The notes: generated from the letters alone by a model not told the origin. A DNA stretch of 46,242 nt from an uncultured archaeon (GCA_964624865.1 CAZUZU010000001.1:2823-49064), one strand, 5' to 3'; positions 9,207-18,982 are shown, counted from the first letter of the stretch. Translations and numbers: made by a program.

Positions 9207-10592
9207 TCAGAGATATCTCCTCAACTTTTTAAGTTTCCCCTCGTAAGGAGGGTATAATATTTTATCGTTCCTTATAAGGTAAGGCCTCTTTAATATGCTC
9301 TTGTAGTTGGTGAAGGTATCGAAGGAGTATTTGCCGTGGTAGGACCCCAATCCGCTTTTTCCCACACCACCGAAGGGAAGGGATGGCACAGCGGTCTGGA
9401 GGATTACGTCGTTGACGCAGACGTTACCCGCTGAAGTGTTCCTTAGTATCTTGTCCCTGATACCGGCCCGCTTGGTGAATATGTACATACACAGCGGTCT
9501 CGGCTTGGAATTAATATATGAAATCGCCCGGTTAAGGTCCTCGTATTCCATCACAGGGAGCAGGGGTCCGAATATCTCCTCCTGCATTATCCTGTGGCTT
9601 GGCTTTACATCGTCGATTACAGTGGGAGATATATAGAGCTCCTCGGGCAGCGCTTTCCCCCCTGCCACTATTCTTCCGCCGCCTATGAGATTCGTTATCC
9701 TTTGAAAATGCTTTCCGTTGATTATACGCCCGAAGTCCGGACTTTTACCAGGATCCTCTCCGTAGAATTCTGTTATGCATTTTTCAAGTTCTTCTATAAA
9801 CGCGTTCTTTACCGTTTTGTGCACCATGACGTAATCCGGTGCCAGACAGGTCTGGCCCGCGTTGATGAACTTGCCCCACGCGATCCTCCTCGCCGCTGTC
9901 TTGACGGGAACGTCCGGCTCCACGATGGTCGGGTTCTTGCCACCCAGCTCCAGGGTCACGGGGGTCAGGTACTTTGCCGCCGCCTCCATCACGATTTTGC
10001 CTACCTTCTCCCCGCCGGTAAAGAAGATGTGATCGAACCTTAGGGTAAGAAGTGACTGCGCCGTTTCGGGACCGCCTTCCACGCATGCAATGTAATCTGG
10101 CTCGAAGGTCTCATTTATTATCCCGGCTATCATTTGGGATGAGCTTGGGGCGGCCTCGGACGGTTTTAGAACAACGCAGTTGCCCGCGGCGATCGCGCCT
10201 ATAAGAGGATAAAATACGGTATGAAAGGGGTAGTTCCAGGTACCTATGATGAGAACCCTGCCGAGGGGTTCCGGGTATTTATATGAGCTTGATCCGAAAA
10301 GGATCAGGGGGGTGTGGACCCTCTGCGGTCTTGCCCATGACCTTATTTTTTTGATTACGTAGTTGAGCTCGTGGCGGATCGTGCCCACCTCGGAAAACCA
10401 GGCCTCGAACTCCGGCTTACCCAGGTCCTTACTTGCCGCGTCAATGATATCTGATTCGTGCCCTTTTATTGCCTTCCGGAGCTTTTTTAGCTGCCTGGTT
10501 CTAAAATTAACGTCTTTTGTCTTTCCCCTGGAATAGAACTCACGTTGTTTCCTTATAATATCGACCATCTCTGTCATGTAAATTGTTAACAT
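9207..10592 (-). CDS. Aldehyde dehydrogenase, class-3-like (fatty/aromatic aldehyde dehydrogenase type)
   Basis: ELGGKNP is the catalytic Glu motif and GQTCLAPDY is the catalytic Cys motif in its class-3 form. EEIFGP is also present. Alternative starts lie at 10577 and 10568. Confidence 0.9.
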   Translation of the reverse strand: MLTIYMTEMVDIIRKQREFYSRGKTKDVNFRTRQLKKLRKAIKGHESDIIDAASKDLGKPEFEAWFSEVGTIRHELNYVIKKIRSWARPQRVHTPLILFGSSSYKYPEPLGRVLIIGTWNYPFHTVFYPLIGAIAAGNCVVLKPSEAAPSSSQMIAGIINETFEPDYIACVEGGPETAQSLLTLRFDHIFFTGGEKVGKIVMEAAAKYLTPVTLELGGKNPTIVEPDVPVKTAARRIAWGKFINAGQTCLAPDYVMVHKTVKNAFIEELEKCITEFYGEDPGKSPDFGRIINGKHFQRITNLIGGGRIVAGGKALPEELYISPTVIDDVKPSHRIMQEEIFGPLLPVMEYEDLNRAISYINSKPRPLCMYIFTKRAGIRDKILRNTSAGNVCVNDVILQTAVPSLPFGGVGKSGLGSYHGKYSFDTFTNYKSILKRPYLIRNDKILYPPYEGKLKKLRRYL

Positions 10593-10653
10593 GAGGGATT
10601 ATATGTAGTTTGCGGGGTAAACGTAAAATAATAATTATTTATTTCTCAATTAT

Positions 10654-11565
10654 ATGCGCATAGTGATTGTCGGTGCCGGTGCCGTTGGCGGGTATTACGG
10701 TTCACTCCTGGCAAAACAACATGATATGGTGTTCGTTGCAAGGGGAGAGCACCTAAGGGCAATGCGGGAGAACGGGCTGAGGGTGGTTTCCCCGTATCTC
10801 GGGGACGAATGGAGCGTGGAGCAAGCGGTGTTTACCGACAAGCCGGACGGGGTGGCCGATCTGATGATCATTGCGGTCAAATCACATCACACCCCCTACG
10901 CCCTGGACATTGCAGAAGCGTGCGTGGGGGAAGACACAAATATAATGACAGTTCAGAACGGTGTGGAGAACGAGTCTTTAATAGCGGAGAGATACGGAAG
11001 AGAGAGGACGATTTCCGCCGCTGCGTATGTTGCAGCCGAGGTGATCGAGCCCGGTGTAATCGAGCACTGGGGCAACGGCAGGCTGACCATAGGCGCCCTT
11101 AATGAGGGTATGGACGAGACCTTGGAAAAGATAAAGGAAAGCTTCGAGCCCTGCGGCATACCGGTGAGGATAACTGCCGATATCATGTTCTCCAAGTGGA
11201 GAAAACTGGCCTGGAACGCCGCATATAACTCCATCACCGCCCTGGCACAGTGCACCATTTCGGATATCGTCGATTCAGAACACGGGCGAGAGCTTGTTCG
11301 AAAGGCCATGTGGGAGACGGTCCGGGTGGCCGAGGCCCAAGGCTACGACATAGGCTCCCAGTTCATCGAGAGGACATTCGAAGGCGACAGGAAGTTATTC
11401 GATAACTCCCGTACCTCCACCCTGCAGGACGCGGAAAAGAACAAGCCAATGGAGTACGAGGCCCTGAACGGCATGGTAGTTCGATTGGGGAAAGAACACG
11501 GCATAGATACGCCGGTGAACCGGACCCTTTACACCTTGTTAAAGGTCATGGAGAAAAGTGAATGA
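10654..11565 (+). CDS. panE: 2-dehydropantoate 2-reductase (ketopantoate reductase, PanE/ApbA family)
   Basis: MRIVIVGAGAVGGYYG is the N-terminal Rossmann motif. The ApbA_C-like C-terminal half includes SKWRKLAWNAAYNSITAL and STLQD. Length is 303 aa. Confidence 0.85.
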   Translation: MRIVIVGAGAVGGYYGSLLAKQHDMVFVARGEHLRAMRENGLRVVSPYLGDEWSVEQAVFTDKPDGVADLMIIAVKSHHTPYALDIAEACVGEDTNIMTVQNGVENESLIAERYGRERTISAAAYVAAEVIEPGVIEHWGNGRLTIGALNEGMDETLEKIKESFEPCGIPVRITADIMFSKWRKLAWNAAYNSITALAQCTISDIVDSEHGRELVRKAMWETVRVAEAQGYDIGSQFIERTFEGDRKLFDNSRTSTLQDAEKNKPMEYEALNGMVVRLGKEHGIDTPVNRTLYTLLKVMEKSE

Positions 11566-11584
11566 ACCAACTGAAACCCAATAC

Positions 11585-11595
11585 TTTTTTATATG
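11585..11595 (+). promoter_or_regulatory. T-run/TATA-like element: possible panE terminator and promoter of the 2,410-aa gene
   Basis: ttttttatatg lies about 45 nt upstream of ATG 11637. GAGG at 11626-11629 serves as the RBS. Confidence 0.35.
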
Positions 11596-11636
11596 CAGAC
11601 ACGTTAATCCGCTTATATATATGATGAGGCGATAGG

Positions 11637-11720
11637 ATGAAAAGAATCGTAGTAGCAACAGTTGTTATGACTTTGGTAGTAGTGGGCCTGATGAACATGT
11701 TCTCCATGCACGCGGAGGCG
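11637..11720 (+). other. Signal peptide of the 2,410-aa protein
   Basis: MKRIVVATVVMTLVVVGLMNMFSMHAEA|VSF has a basic N-terminus, a hydrophobic core, and an AxA-like cleavage motif. Confidence 0.6.
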
Positions 11721-14700
11721 GTAAGCTTTGATAACCCCGTTCCGGCATACGGGGACTGGGTGGGGAACGATGTGAACTTCACAGTTGAGGATAGCGAGAT
11801 TGGCACAACAACCCAGGTGGCAATGTATATCGACGGCGAGCTGGTCACCTACATGACGAAAGATGGAACAACCAGTCGGTGGTATGCGAATTTGAACGTG
11901 AGCGCTTATTCCGACGGTGCGCATACTATCACCTATGCTGGCGTTGGAGCACCGGAGGATTACATGACCCTTACCGTGAACTTCGACAGCCATGCCCCGG
12001 AACTCTCGGATTTCAATGTGGTTTATCCGGATACTTACGAGGCCGCACGAGAGGGTTCCGAGATCTATTTCCAGGTCGGAGCCTACGATTCGGTGGGGAT
12101 AGACAAGGTGGAGATCGACTGCGGCTCGTTCAATTTCACACCCAGCTCTCCCTTTCCTCATGAGATGTACGACACCGGGCTTAACAATGACTTTGACCCA
12201 AACGACGGGATGTACGGCAGCGATTATTATGTCGTCGATGACCTTCCCGAATCGGGCTATTATCCGGTGCAGGTCAGTGCAACGGATCTCCAGGGGAATA
12301 CTATCTCTGGCAATTACTATATCAAGTACGATGAGACAAAACCACAGGTAAGTGGGGTAACAGTGATATACCCTCCCCACCAAAGTTCTGTGAAGAACGG
12401 GGACATGGTCAATATCCGCGCCACAGTGGAAGACCACCATAATACCACAGTACCCGGCAAGATCAAAACCGTGACAGCATATCTCGATGGTGGAGGAGGG
12501 CTTCTGGGATCGGCGGAGGGGTCGGTGCTTTTGTATGATGACGGAAATCACTTTGACTTCCTTGCCGGTGACAACATATACGGAACCGGCTGGGTAGAGG
12601 TTTCTTACGAAGGCACGGCCTCTCTCCCTATCAATGTAACGGCCTACGATCATGCCGGCAACACATGGTATGACGAAAGCTCCACTCTCCATGTGGATAA
12701 CTATCCCCCGTATCTGGCGGGGGAAACCGTAGAGTATCCATCCGGGCAGAACACGGTTGCCGACGGACAGGAGGTGAACATATCTTTATCCGATGTAGGT
12801 GACGCTGAATATCTTTATCTGGACGCCAGTTCGGTCGGATACGGCTCGGCCCTCCCCAACGAAACGGGTTCTTCTTCTTGGGAGGATATCCCTATCTCCA
12901 CCGGTTATGATAGTGACATATATACGGTAGTGGTACGCGGGATCGACGATGCAGGCAATATTGGTTATAGAGATGTATACATAGCCGTACACAACCCTCC
13001 CCCGGAATTGGAAATAGTAAATCCGATGAACGGAGAAACGGGCCTAAACGGCAATCTCACGGTAAATGTCAATATAACTGCCAATGCCACTATAACGGGG
13101 AGTAACGGTTTGGTGGACCACGTCAGGTTATATGTGGACGGGTCCCATGAATCCAACCTAATTTATAATTCCACGTCTGATTACTGGGATACCGAAATAA
13201 ATACAAGCAACTGGTTCGACGGCATGCATACGATAAAGGTCACTTTAACCGATATCAAGGGAAGGGAGGTGACCGACTCGGTTTACGTCGGGTTCTCGAA
13301 CTATAACAACCAGATATCGATAACCGACCCCGCGGACGGGACGAACTTGAGTGGTAGTAGAAAATTCACTGCCTCGGTATCTGATAACATCGTTGTTGCG
13401 GAGCTCTATGTTGACTCCGTTTTGGTAGATATTAATAGTTCGATCACAGGCGGCCTTGTAACCTTCTCTATCGATACGGGCAACTACGACGACGGGAGCC
13501 ATGTCATCAAGATAAGGGGGGAGGACAACAGGGGTGAAACTGTAACCGATATGATTTCGGCTGTCTTTGATAACACCCCGCCGGTTTTGGAAGGCCTGCA
13601 GATACACTACCCCGGTAGTGGCAACGGGCTTCTCCCCGATGAAGCGTTATATATATCCGTCCGAGCCTCGGACTCTGGAACAGGTATCGACGCTTTCATG
13701 GCCGAGTCTGGGCATTTCACTGGTTCCGGAGCCCTGGCTGACGACGGCAAGGGAAACGACGAGGTATCGGGGGACGGAGTATACACCTCCAGCGATCTTA
13801 CAGTGGATATGACAACCCCGGAAGGTACCTATACGGTCTATGTCAACGCCACGGATTACATGGGGGCCAAGGCGTCTTCCGTGGCACAGTATCACGTCTT
13901 TGATGATGCACCCGACGCTTTTGTGGCTGATTTCGTGAGCCCCGCCCCGGGTTCTTACCAGTCCTCCGCCTTTACAGTGGCAATCACAACCGAGAACAGC
14001 CTAAGCGGGGCAGAGGTCCAGCAGCTGAGAGTGAACTCAAGCCACACAGGGGCAACATGGTATCAGACAACCTACAATCCCACGACCAGTAGGTGGGAAC
14101 ACACCTTCCCCAGCGGCAGCTTCAACGAAGGCCCGGTCACCATCTATCTCAACGGCAGCAACGAGATGGGCCTGTTCTGCGATGAAAAATCGGTGCAGGT
14201 TTTTGTGGATACTGTTTCTCCCACGCTTCAGATTATCGAACCCCAGAGCAACCAATTCATCTCCGGCTCTTACGAGCTTCGCATTAATGCCTCGGACATG
14301 AACTCCGGCATTGACCCTACAACAGTGAAATATTCTGTTGACGGCGGTTCTCCCAATAGCATGTCCCCAACCACTGGCATGTCCTGGAATTATGTTTCAA
14401 CACTTGATACTTCGGCCTTGACCGACGGAGCCCATGAAATCATCTTCCAGGCCAAAGACATCGCAGGCAATCAACAGACCGGCCAGGTTGCAATTTATGT
14501 GGACAACAATGCCGCATCAATGACAGAATGCACAATAATAAACCCGGCGGATGACGAGTATGTGTCAGGCGACTATACATTCAGCGTGCTGGCCACGGAC
14601 GGGCAGGGAATTGCAAATGTGACCCTCATACTAGATGGCCAGTTTATTTCCATGGCATATAATGCCCAGACAGGATATTATGAGCATACCATGGACACCA

Positions 14701-17700
14701 CAACCAAGGCTGAAAGCTCATATATCATGGATGTAATTGCATATGATAATGCAGGAAATTCCGCAACTGATCAGGTATCATTCTTCATTGACAATACGGC
14801 GCCCAACCCGATCATCGAGTACCCGGCAAACGGGCAGTATGTTTCCGGCGATGAGACGATTAGCGTCAATGAATCCGACTGGATGAACCTGACGGTGGAG
14901 TACAACATTGACGGGACCGGATGGTATATTATGAATTGGGACAGCGGTTACTGGCTCGTTCCATTGAACACAAGCCTCCTAGCAGACGGAGAGCATGCGC
15001 TCAATGTCAGGGCAACGGACATGGCAGGCCATGTTTCAACCGTTTCATCAACCTTCTTTGTGAACAATGAGAACCCCACATGCTCAATCGTGTCTCCGTC
15101 AACTGGCCAGTTTCTGGAAGGTACGAAAACCTTCAGGGTCAATGCCGACGATTCCCTCGGGATTCACTTGGTGTATATCAGGATAGACAATATTGACACA
15201 CCATCAACAGAGCTTTTATCAGAAGCATCGTACAATGCCCAGAGCGGCCTTTACGAGCTTGAGGTGGACACAACGACATTGGATGACGGCAATTATTCGG
15301 TTAATGCCAGTGCATATGATAGTGGAATCAAAAGGACATGGGCCATGGGGGTTGTCTTCCGCGTGGACAATAATGCTCCCGAACTTTCCGTCTCCGACCC
15401 TTCCGAGGGGCAGGAGGTATATGGTGGTTATTTCCTAGCAGCCAGTTCTGATGACATCTTCCTGGCGTCAAGAGAGTACAGGATAGATTCAGGTCCGTGG
15501 CAGGTGGTGGGAAGCGTCTGGGACACTACTTTCTTTGCCGACGGCCCCCACACCCTGACCGTAAGGGCCAGGGACATGATAGGGCATGAGACCGTCGTGA
15601 CCATGACAGTGTACGTGAACAACAATGACCCGCTTTGCGACATAGTAAGCCCAACAGATGGAATTCACATCCAGGGCGACCATGTCCTGCGGTTCACCGC
15701 CTCCGATGCATACGGGATTAGTTCTCTGGTCTTCAGTATTGACAACACCAGCGGCCCGACAGCATATGACGATGTGTCGGCCGGCTACAACTCGGCAACC
15801 GGATACTGGGAGTATGACCTGAACACCCTGAGCCTCGGGGACGGCACATATACGCTGTATGCCTGGGCCCAGGATGGCTTCGGCAACACCACAATGGCCG
15901 GCCCCCTTCTGTTCAACATAGACAATACCGCGCCCAGCCTTTCCATTGCCAGTCCTATAGAGGGCATGACATATGAGGCCGACGTGGAGATATCAGTGAG
16001 CTCCACGGACACCTTCCCAACCACTGTCGAGTATCGGATAGACAGCGGCAGTTGGAGCTCGGTGGCCGGCGGTCCGACATACTGGAATTCCACTTCCGTT
16101 ATTGACGGCCAGCACACGGTCTATTTCCGTTCCACCGACTCGGCAGGGCATGTCTCTCTGGAATCGGTGAACATCCTTGTTGACAACAATGGGCCAAGCG
16201 TGACGATAGTGTCGCCCATGACCGGCGAGCATCTGGGAGGAACATACCTATTCAAGGTCAGTGCCAGTGATGCCCTGGGCGTGTCAAATGTGACAATAAC
16301 CCTTGACGGGCAAGCGTATGTTTGCTCCTACAACTCACAGAACAGCCTCTGGGAGGCATCCATCAACACCATTCTCATGCTGGACGAAAACTATGATGTC
16401 CGGGCTTACGCGAATGACAGCGTCCCGGGCCACACGACACAGTCCTCTCCGGTAGGGTTCAACATAAATAACAATCCGCCGACCATAAGCAATGTGGCAC
16501 CCCTGAACGGAGAGATATTCACCACAGCCAGCATGGTGGTCAATGCCACGGCCGAGGACCTGCCGTTCTCCTTGCCCGGAAACACAGTCCAGTACAGGTT
16601 TGACAATACCGGCCCCTGGTCCGTGCTTTCCAGCTCCGGCGGGGATTCCTACAACAGTACCGCATACATCGGCGGGCTGAGCGACGGCCCCCACACCCTC
16701 AACCTGAAGGTCATTGACTGGAATATGCTGGAGACCTCGCTTGATATTCAGTTCCACGTTGACCTGCATCTACCGCAATGTTCAGTTCTCTATCCCGGCA
16801 GCGGCACCAATCTCAACGGCCTCCAGACATTCTCGGTCATGGCAAGCGATGCCTGGGGAATTGACACGGTGCTCATAGAGATAGACGGTGTGAACAGAAC
16901 CATGGTCTACAACTCCAACAACGGCCTCTATGAACTGAGCCTTTTGACCGATGACCTGGGATACGGCAATCACACCGCAAGGGCCCACTGCATGGACCTG
17001 GCCTCTCAGTGGTACAGCTCAACTGTCACAGACTTCACGGTTGTACCGCCCAGCGATGACTATGACGGGGACGGCGTTCCCAATGATGTTGACCAGTTCC
17101 CCAATGACCCTGCGGAATGGGCAGACTCCGACGGGGACGGCGTGGGCGACAATTCCGACGCGTTCCCCGACGACCCCTCAGAATGGGCAGACTCCGACGG
17201 GGATGGTGTGGGCGATAACTCCGATGTGTTCCCCGATGACCCCACCGAGTCCGTGGATTCAGACGGGGACGGCGTCGGTGACAATGCAGACATCTATCCA
17301 TACGACTATGACAATGACGGCTATGCGGATTCCGTTGACCATTTCCCGATGAACCCCAATGAATGGAATGACACTGATTCGGATGGCATCGGAGACAACT
17401 CCGACCTGTATCCAGATGACCCGCTGAACATCCCGCCGCCGGACATGGACGGAGACGGCATACCCGATTCCATTGATACGGACATGGACGGCGACGGCGT
17501 GCCCAACACCGAGGATGCGTTTCCGGACAACCCGTATGAATGGTCCGATATGGACGGGGACGGTATTGGCGACAATTCCGATCTTGATATAGACGGCGAC
17601 GGGGTGGGTAACTCGCAGGATTACTATCCTTACGACAATTCGAGGTGGGAACCTGACAGCGTCCAGGATTCAGACGGAGACGGTATCGCAGATGCCTATG

Positions 17701-18869
17701 ATTCCGATATGGACGGGGATGGCGTGAACAACACATATGACGCGTTTCCCAACAACCCGTATGAATGGAGCGACCTCGACGGGGACGGTATTGGCGACAA
17801 CTCCGACCTTGATATCGACGGCGACGGAGTTGCCAATGACATGGACTACTATCCGTATGATGCCTCCAGGTGGGAACCTGACAGCGTCCAGGATTCAGAC
17901 GGAGATGGCATACCCGATTCTATTGATACGGACAGGGACGGCGACGGCGTGAACAACACCGAGGATGCGTTTCCGGATAACCCGTATGAATGGAGCGACC
18001 TTGACGGGGACGGATACGGTGACAACTCCGACCTTGATATCGACGGCGACGGGGTAAACAACGACCTGGATTATTATCCGTATGATGCGGATAAATGGCT
18101 GCCTCCTATAGATAGCGACGGTGACGGCATCCCTGATTCGGAGGATAGCGACAGGGACGGAGACGGATTCGAAAACTCCGAGGACGCATTCCCGGACAAT
18201 CCGAGCGAGTGGAAAGATACGGATGGCGACGGGACGGGTGATAACTCCGATCTCGATATCGATGGCGACGGCATCCTGAATGAGATGGACTCCTACCCGT
18301 TCGACTCTGAGAAGGGGGAGACCACGGAAGAATCACAGACCACGCCATCCGCCTCCGACGACGAAGAGCCGCCTTGTGACTTGATACAATCTCTCATATT
18401 AATTGGTCTAATCGTGTTGATCGTGGTAGTTTTTATAAAAGGTGGGACCGGAGGGAGCCAGGGGGGCGCCAAGACCAAAAGGCACGGGCCGGACAGCTTT
18501 GAAGCAAAGAGGCACGGCCCTGACAGCTTTGAGGCAAAGACGCCGGATGACAGCGAGCCATTGGCAAAGAGGCACGGGCCGGACAGCCACGAGGCGAAGA
18601 GAAAGCGCCATGGACCGGACAGCTTCGAGGCCAAAAAAGGCGACACGGCTGGGCCAGGAGGGGAGGAGCCAAAGATCGAGGCAATCGAGGGCAAGGAACT
18701 GGAGGAGTTGGAGGAAATGATTGACAAGAGCCAGGAAGACCTAAGCGATAAGAACATCGGCGAGGAAGAGGGAATCGAGGGCAAAGATATTAGCGATAAA
18801 AAGAAGGTCTCCGAGGAAGGCACAATCGCCTATGTCGAGACACGCACCCCCTGGGATAGATTGGGATAA
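11637..18869 (+). CDS. Giant (2,410 aa) type-I membrane cell-surface adhesin-like protein: signal peptide, about 17 Ig-like modules, TSP3 calcium-binding repeat array, TM helix, charged cytoplasmic tail
   Basis: This is a single uninterrupted ORF with a GAGG about 8 nt upstream of the ATG. The sub-features below give the domain evidence. Confidence 0.9.
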   Translation: MKRIVVATVVMTLVVVGLMNMFSMHAEAVSFDNPVPAYGDWVGNDVNFTVEDSEIGTTTQVAMYIDGELVTYMTKDGTTSRWYANLNVSAYSDGAHTITYAGVGAPEDYMTLTVNFDSHAPELSDFNVVYPDTYEAAREGSEIYFQVGAYDSVGIDKVEIDCGSFNFTPSSPFPHEMYDTGLNNDFDPNDGMYGSDYYVVDDLPESGYYPVQVSATDLQGNTISGNYYIKYDETKPQVSGVTVIYPPHQSSVKNGDMVNIRATVEDHHNTTVPGKIKTVTAYLDGGGGLLGSAEGSVLLYDDGNHFDFLAGDNIYGTGWVEVSYEGTASLPINVTAYDHAGNTWYDESSTLHVDNYPPYLAGETVEYPSGQNTVADGQEVNISLSDVGDAEYLYLDASSVGYGSALPNETGSSSWEDIPISTGYDSDIYTVVVRGIDDAGNIGYRDVYIAVHNPPPELEIVNPMNGETGLNGNLTVNVNITANATITGSNGLVDHVRLYVDGSHESNLIYNSTSDYWDTEINTSNWFDGMHTIKVTLTDIKGREVTDSVYVGFSNYNNQISITDPADGTNLSGSRKFTASVSDNIVVAELYVDSVLVDINSSITGGLVTFSIDTGNYDDGSHVIKIRGEDNRGETVTDMISAVFDNTPPVLEGLQIHYPGSGNGLLPDEALYISVRASDSGTGIDAFMAESGHFTGSGALADDGKGNDEVSGDGVYTSSDLTVDMTTPEGTYTVYVNATDYMGAKASSVAQYHVFDDAPDAFVADFVSPAPGSYQSSAFTVAITTENSLSGAEVQQLRVNSSHTGATWYQTTYNPTTSRWEHTFPSGSFNEGPVTIYLNGSNEMGLFCDEKSVQVFVDTVSPTLQIIEPQSNQFISGSYELRINASDMNSGIDPTTVKYSVDGGSPNSMSPTTGMSWNYVSTLDTSALTDGAHEIIFQAKDIAGNQQTGQVAIYVDNNAASMTECTIINPADDEYVSGDYTFSVLATDGQGIANVTLILDGQFISMAYNAQTGYYEHTMDTTTKAESSYIMDVIAYDNAGNSATDQVSFFIDNTAPNPIIEYPANGQYVSGDETISVNESDWMNLTVEYNIDGTGWYIMNWDSGYWLVPLNTSLLADGEHALNVRATDMAGHVSTVSSTFFVNNENPTCSIVSPSTGQFLEGTKTFRVNADDSLGIHLVYIRIDNIDTPSTELLSEASYNAQSGLYELEVDTTTLDDGNYSVNASAYDSGIKRTWAMGVVFRVDNNAPELSVSDPSEGQEVYGGYFLAASSDDIFLASREYRIDSGPWQVVGSVWDTTFFADGPHTLTVRARDMIGHETVVTMTVYVNNNDPLCDIVSPTDGIHIQGDHVLRFTASDAYGISSLVFSIDNTSGPTAYDDVSAGYNSATGYWEYDLNTLSLGDGTYTLYAWAQDGFGNTTMAGPLLFNIDNTAPSLSIASPIEGMTYEADVEISVSSTDTFPTTVEYRIDSGSWSSVAGGPTYWNSTSVIDGQHTVYFRSTDSAGHVSLESVNILVDNNGPSVTIVSPMTGEHLGGTYLFKVSASDALGVSNVTITLDGQAYVCSYNSQNSLWEASINTILMLDENYDVRAYANDSVPGHTTQSSPVGFNINNNPPTISNVAPLNGEIFTTASMVVNATAEDLPFSLPGNTVQYRFDNTGPWSVLSSSGGDSYNSTAYIGGLSDGPHTLNLKVIDWNMLETSLDIQFHVDLHLPQCSVLYPGSGTNLNGLQTFSVMASDAWGIDTVLIEIDGVNRTMVYNSNNGLYELSLLTDDLGYGNHTARAHCMDLASQWYSSTVTDFTVVPPSDDYDGDGVPNDVDQFPNDPAEWADSDGDGVGDNSDAFPDDPSEWADSDGDGVGDNSDVFPDDPTESVDSDGDGVGDNADIYPYDYDNDGYADSVDHFPMNPNEWNDTDSDGIGDNSDLYPDDPLNIPPPDMDGDGIPDSIDTDMDGDGVPNTEDAFPDNPYEWSDMDGDGIGDNSDLDIDGDGVGNSQDYYPYDNSRWEPDSVQDSDGDGIADAYDSDMDGDGVNNTYDAFPNNPYEWSDLDGDGIGDNSDLDIDGDGVANDMDYYPYDASRWEPDSVQDSDGDGIPDSIDTDRDGDGVNNTEDAFPDNPYEWSDLDGDGYGDNSDLDIDGDGVNNDLDYYPYDADKWLPPIDSDGDGIPDSEDSDRDGDGFENSEDAFPDNPSEWKDTDGDGTGDNSDLDIDGDGILNEMDSYPFDSEKGETTEESQTTPSASDDEEPPCDLIQSLILIGLIVLIVVVFIKGGTGGSQGGAKTKRHGPDSFEAKRHGPDSFEAKTPDDSEPLAKRHGPDSHEAKRKRHGPDSFEAKKGDTAGPGGEEPKIEAIEGKELEELEEMIDKSQEDLSDKNIGEEEGIEGKDISDKKKVSEEGTIAYVETRTPWDRLG
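11980..17040 (+). repeat. Array of about 17 Ig-like (about 95-100 aa) modules. The last 10 alternate between two subtypes.
   Basis: The boundary motif (V/I)-D-N-(N/T)-x-P-x3-5-(I/V)-x-x-P-x-x-G recurs every 280-300 nt. Examples: VDNNAPELSVSDPSEGQ, VNNNDPLCDIVSPTDGI, IDNTAPSLSIASPIEGM, VDNNGPSVTIVSPMTGE, INNNPPTISNVAPLNGE. Confidence 0.7.
17050..18320 (+). repeat. Thrombospondin type-3-like calcium-binding repeat array (DxDxDG loops), including four tandem 219-225-nt units from 17448
   Basis: DSDGDGVGDNSDAFPDDPSEWA recurs with a 69-nt period from 17100 to 17300. A 75-aa unit (DGDGIPDSIDTDMDGDGVPNTEDAFPDNPYEWSDMDGDGIGDNSDLDIDGDGV..YYPYD..RWEPDSVQDS) then starts at 17448, 17673, 17898 and 18117. 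Confidence 0.85.
18381..18437 (+). other. Transmembrane helix of the 2,410-aa protein
   Basis: LIQSLILIGLIVLIVVVFI is followed by basic K-GG-T-GG-S...K-TKR residues, consistent with the positive-inside rule. Confidence 0.75.
18477..18634 (+). repeat. Four copies of an 11-aa K-R-H-G-P-D-S-(F/H)-E-A-K motif in the predicted cytoplasmic tail
   Basis: KRHGPDSFEAKRHGPDSFEAK...AKRHGPDSHEAKRKRHGPDSFEAKK. The DNA copies are near-identical: ggcacgggccggacagc appears twice, and ggcacggccctgacagc and gccatggaccggacagc appear once each. Confidence 0.8.
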
Positions 18870-18982
18870 GAAGGAATAGAATGGGAAATTGGCACGTTCA
18901 ATAACGATGATGCTACCTCTCTGGTCCTGGATCGACGGGGGATGGTGTAATGTCCATTAGATAGTCAGCGAAAAAAACAATA

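Noticed and set aside
11613-12692. A 359-aa minus-strand ORF opposite the 5' end of the 2,410-aa gene
   Set aside because: It is antisense to a strongly supported ORF. The translation is Cys/His/Arg/Ile-rich with no motifs, which is typical of a shadow ORF.
17035-17736. A 233-aa minus ORF and several 60-130-aa ORFs on both strands across 16950-18830
   Set aside because: These are products of the low-complexity GAC/GGC-rich TSP3 repeat DNA read in other frames. They give Arg/Pro/His or Ser/Pro runs and are not credible proteins.
17448-18634. A CRISPR-like appearance of regularly spaced direct repeats
   Set aside because: The repeats are contiguous coding repeats in frame within a long ORF, with periods of 225 nt and about 33 nt. 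There are no unique spacers, and no cas genes are nearby.
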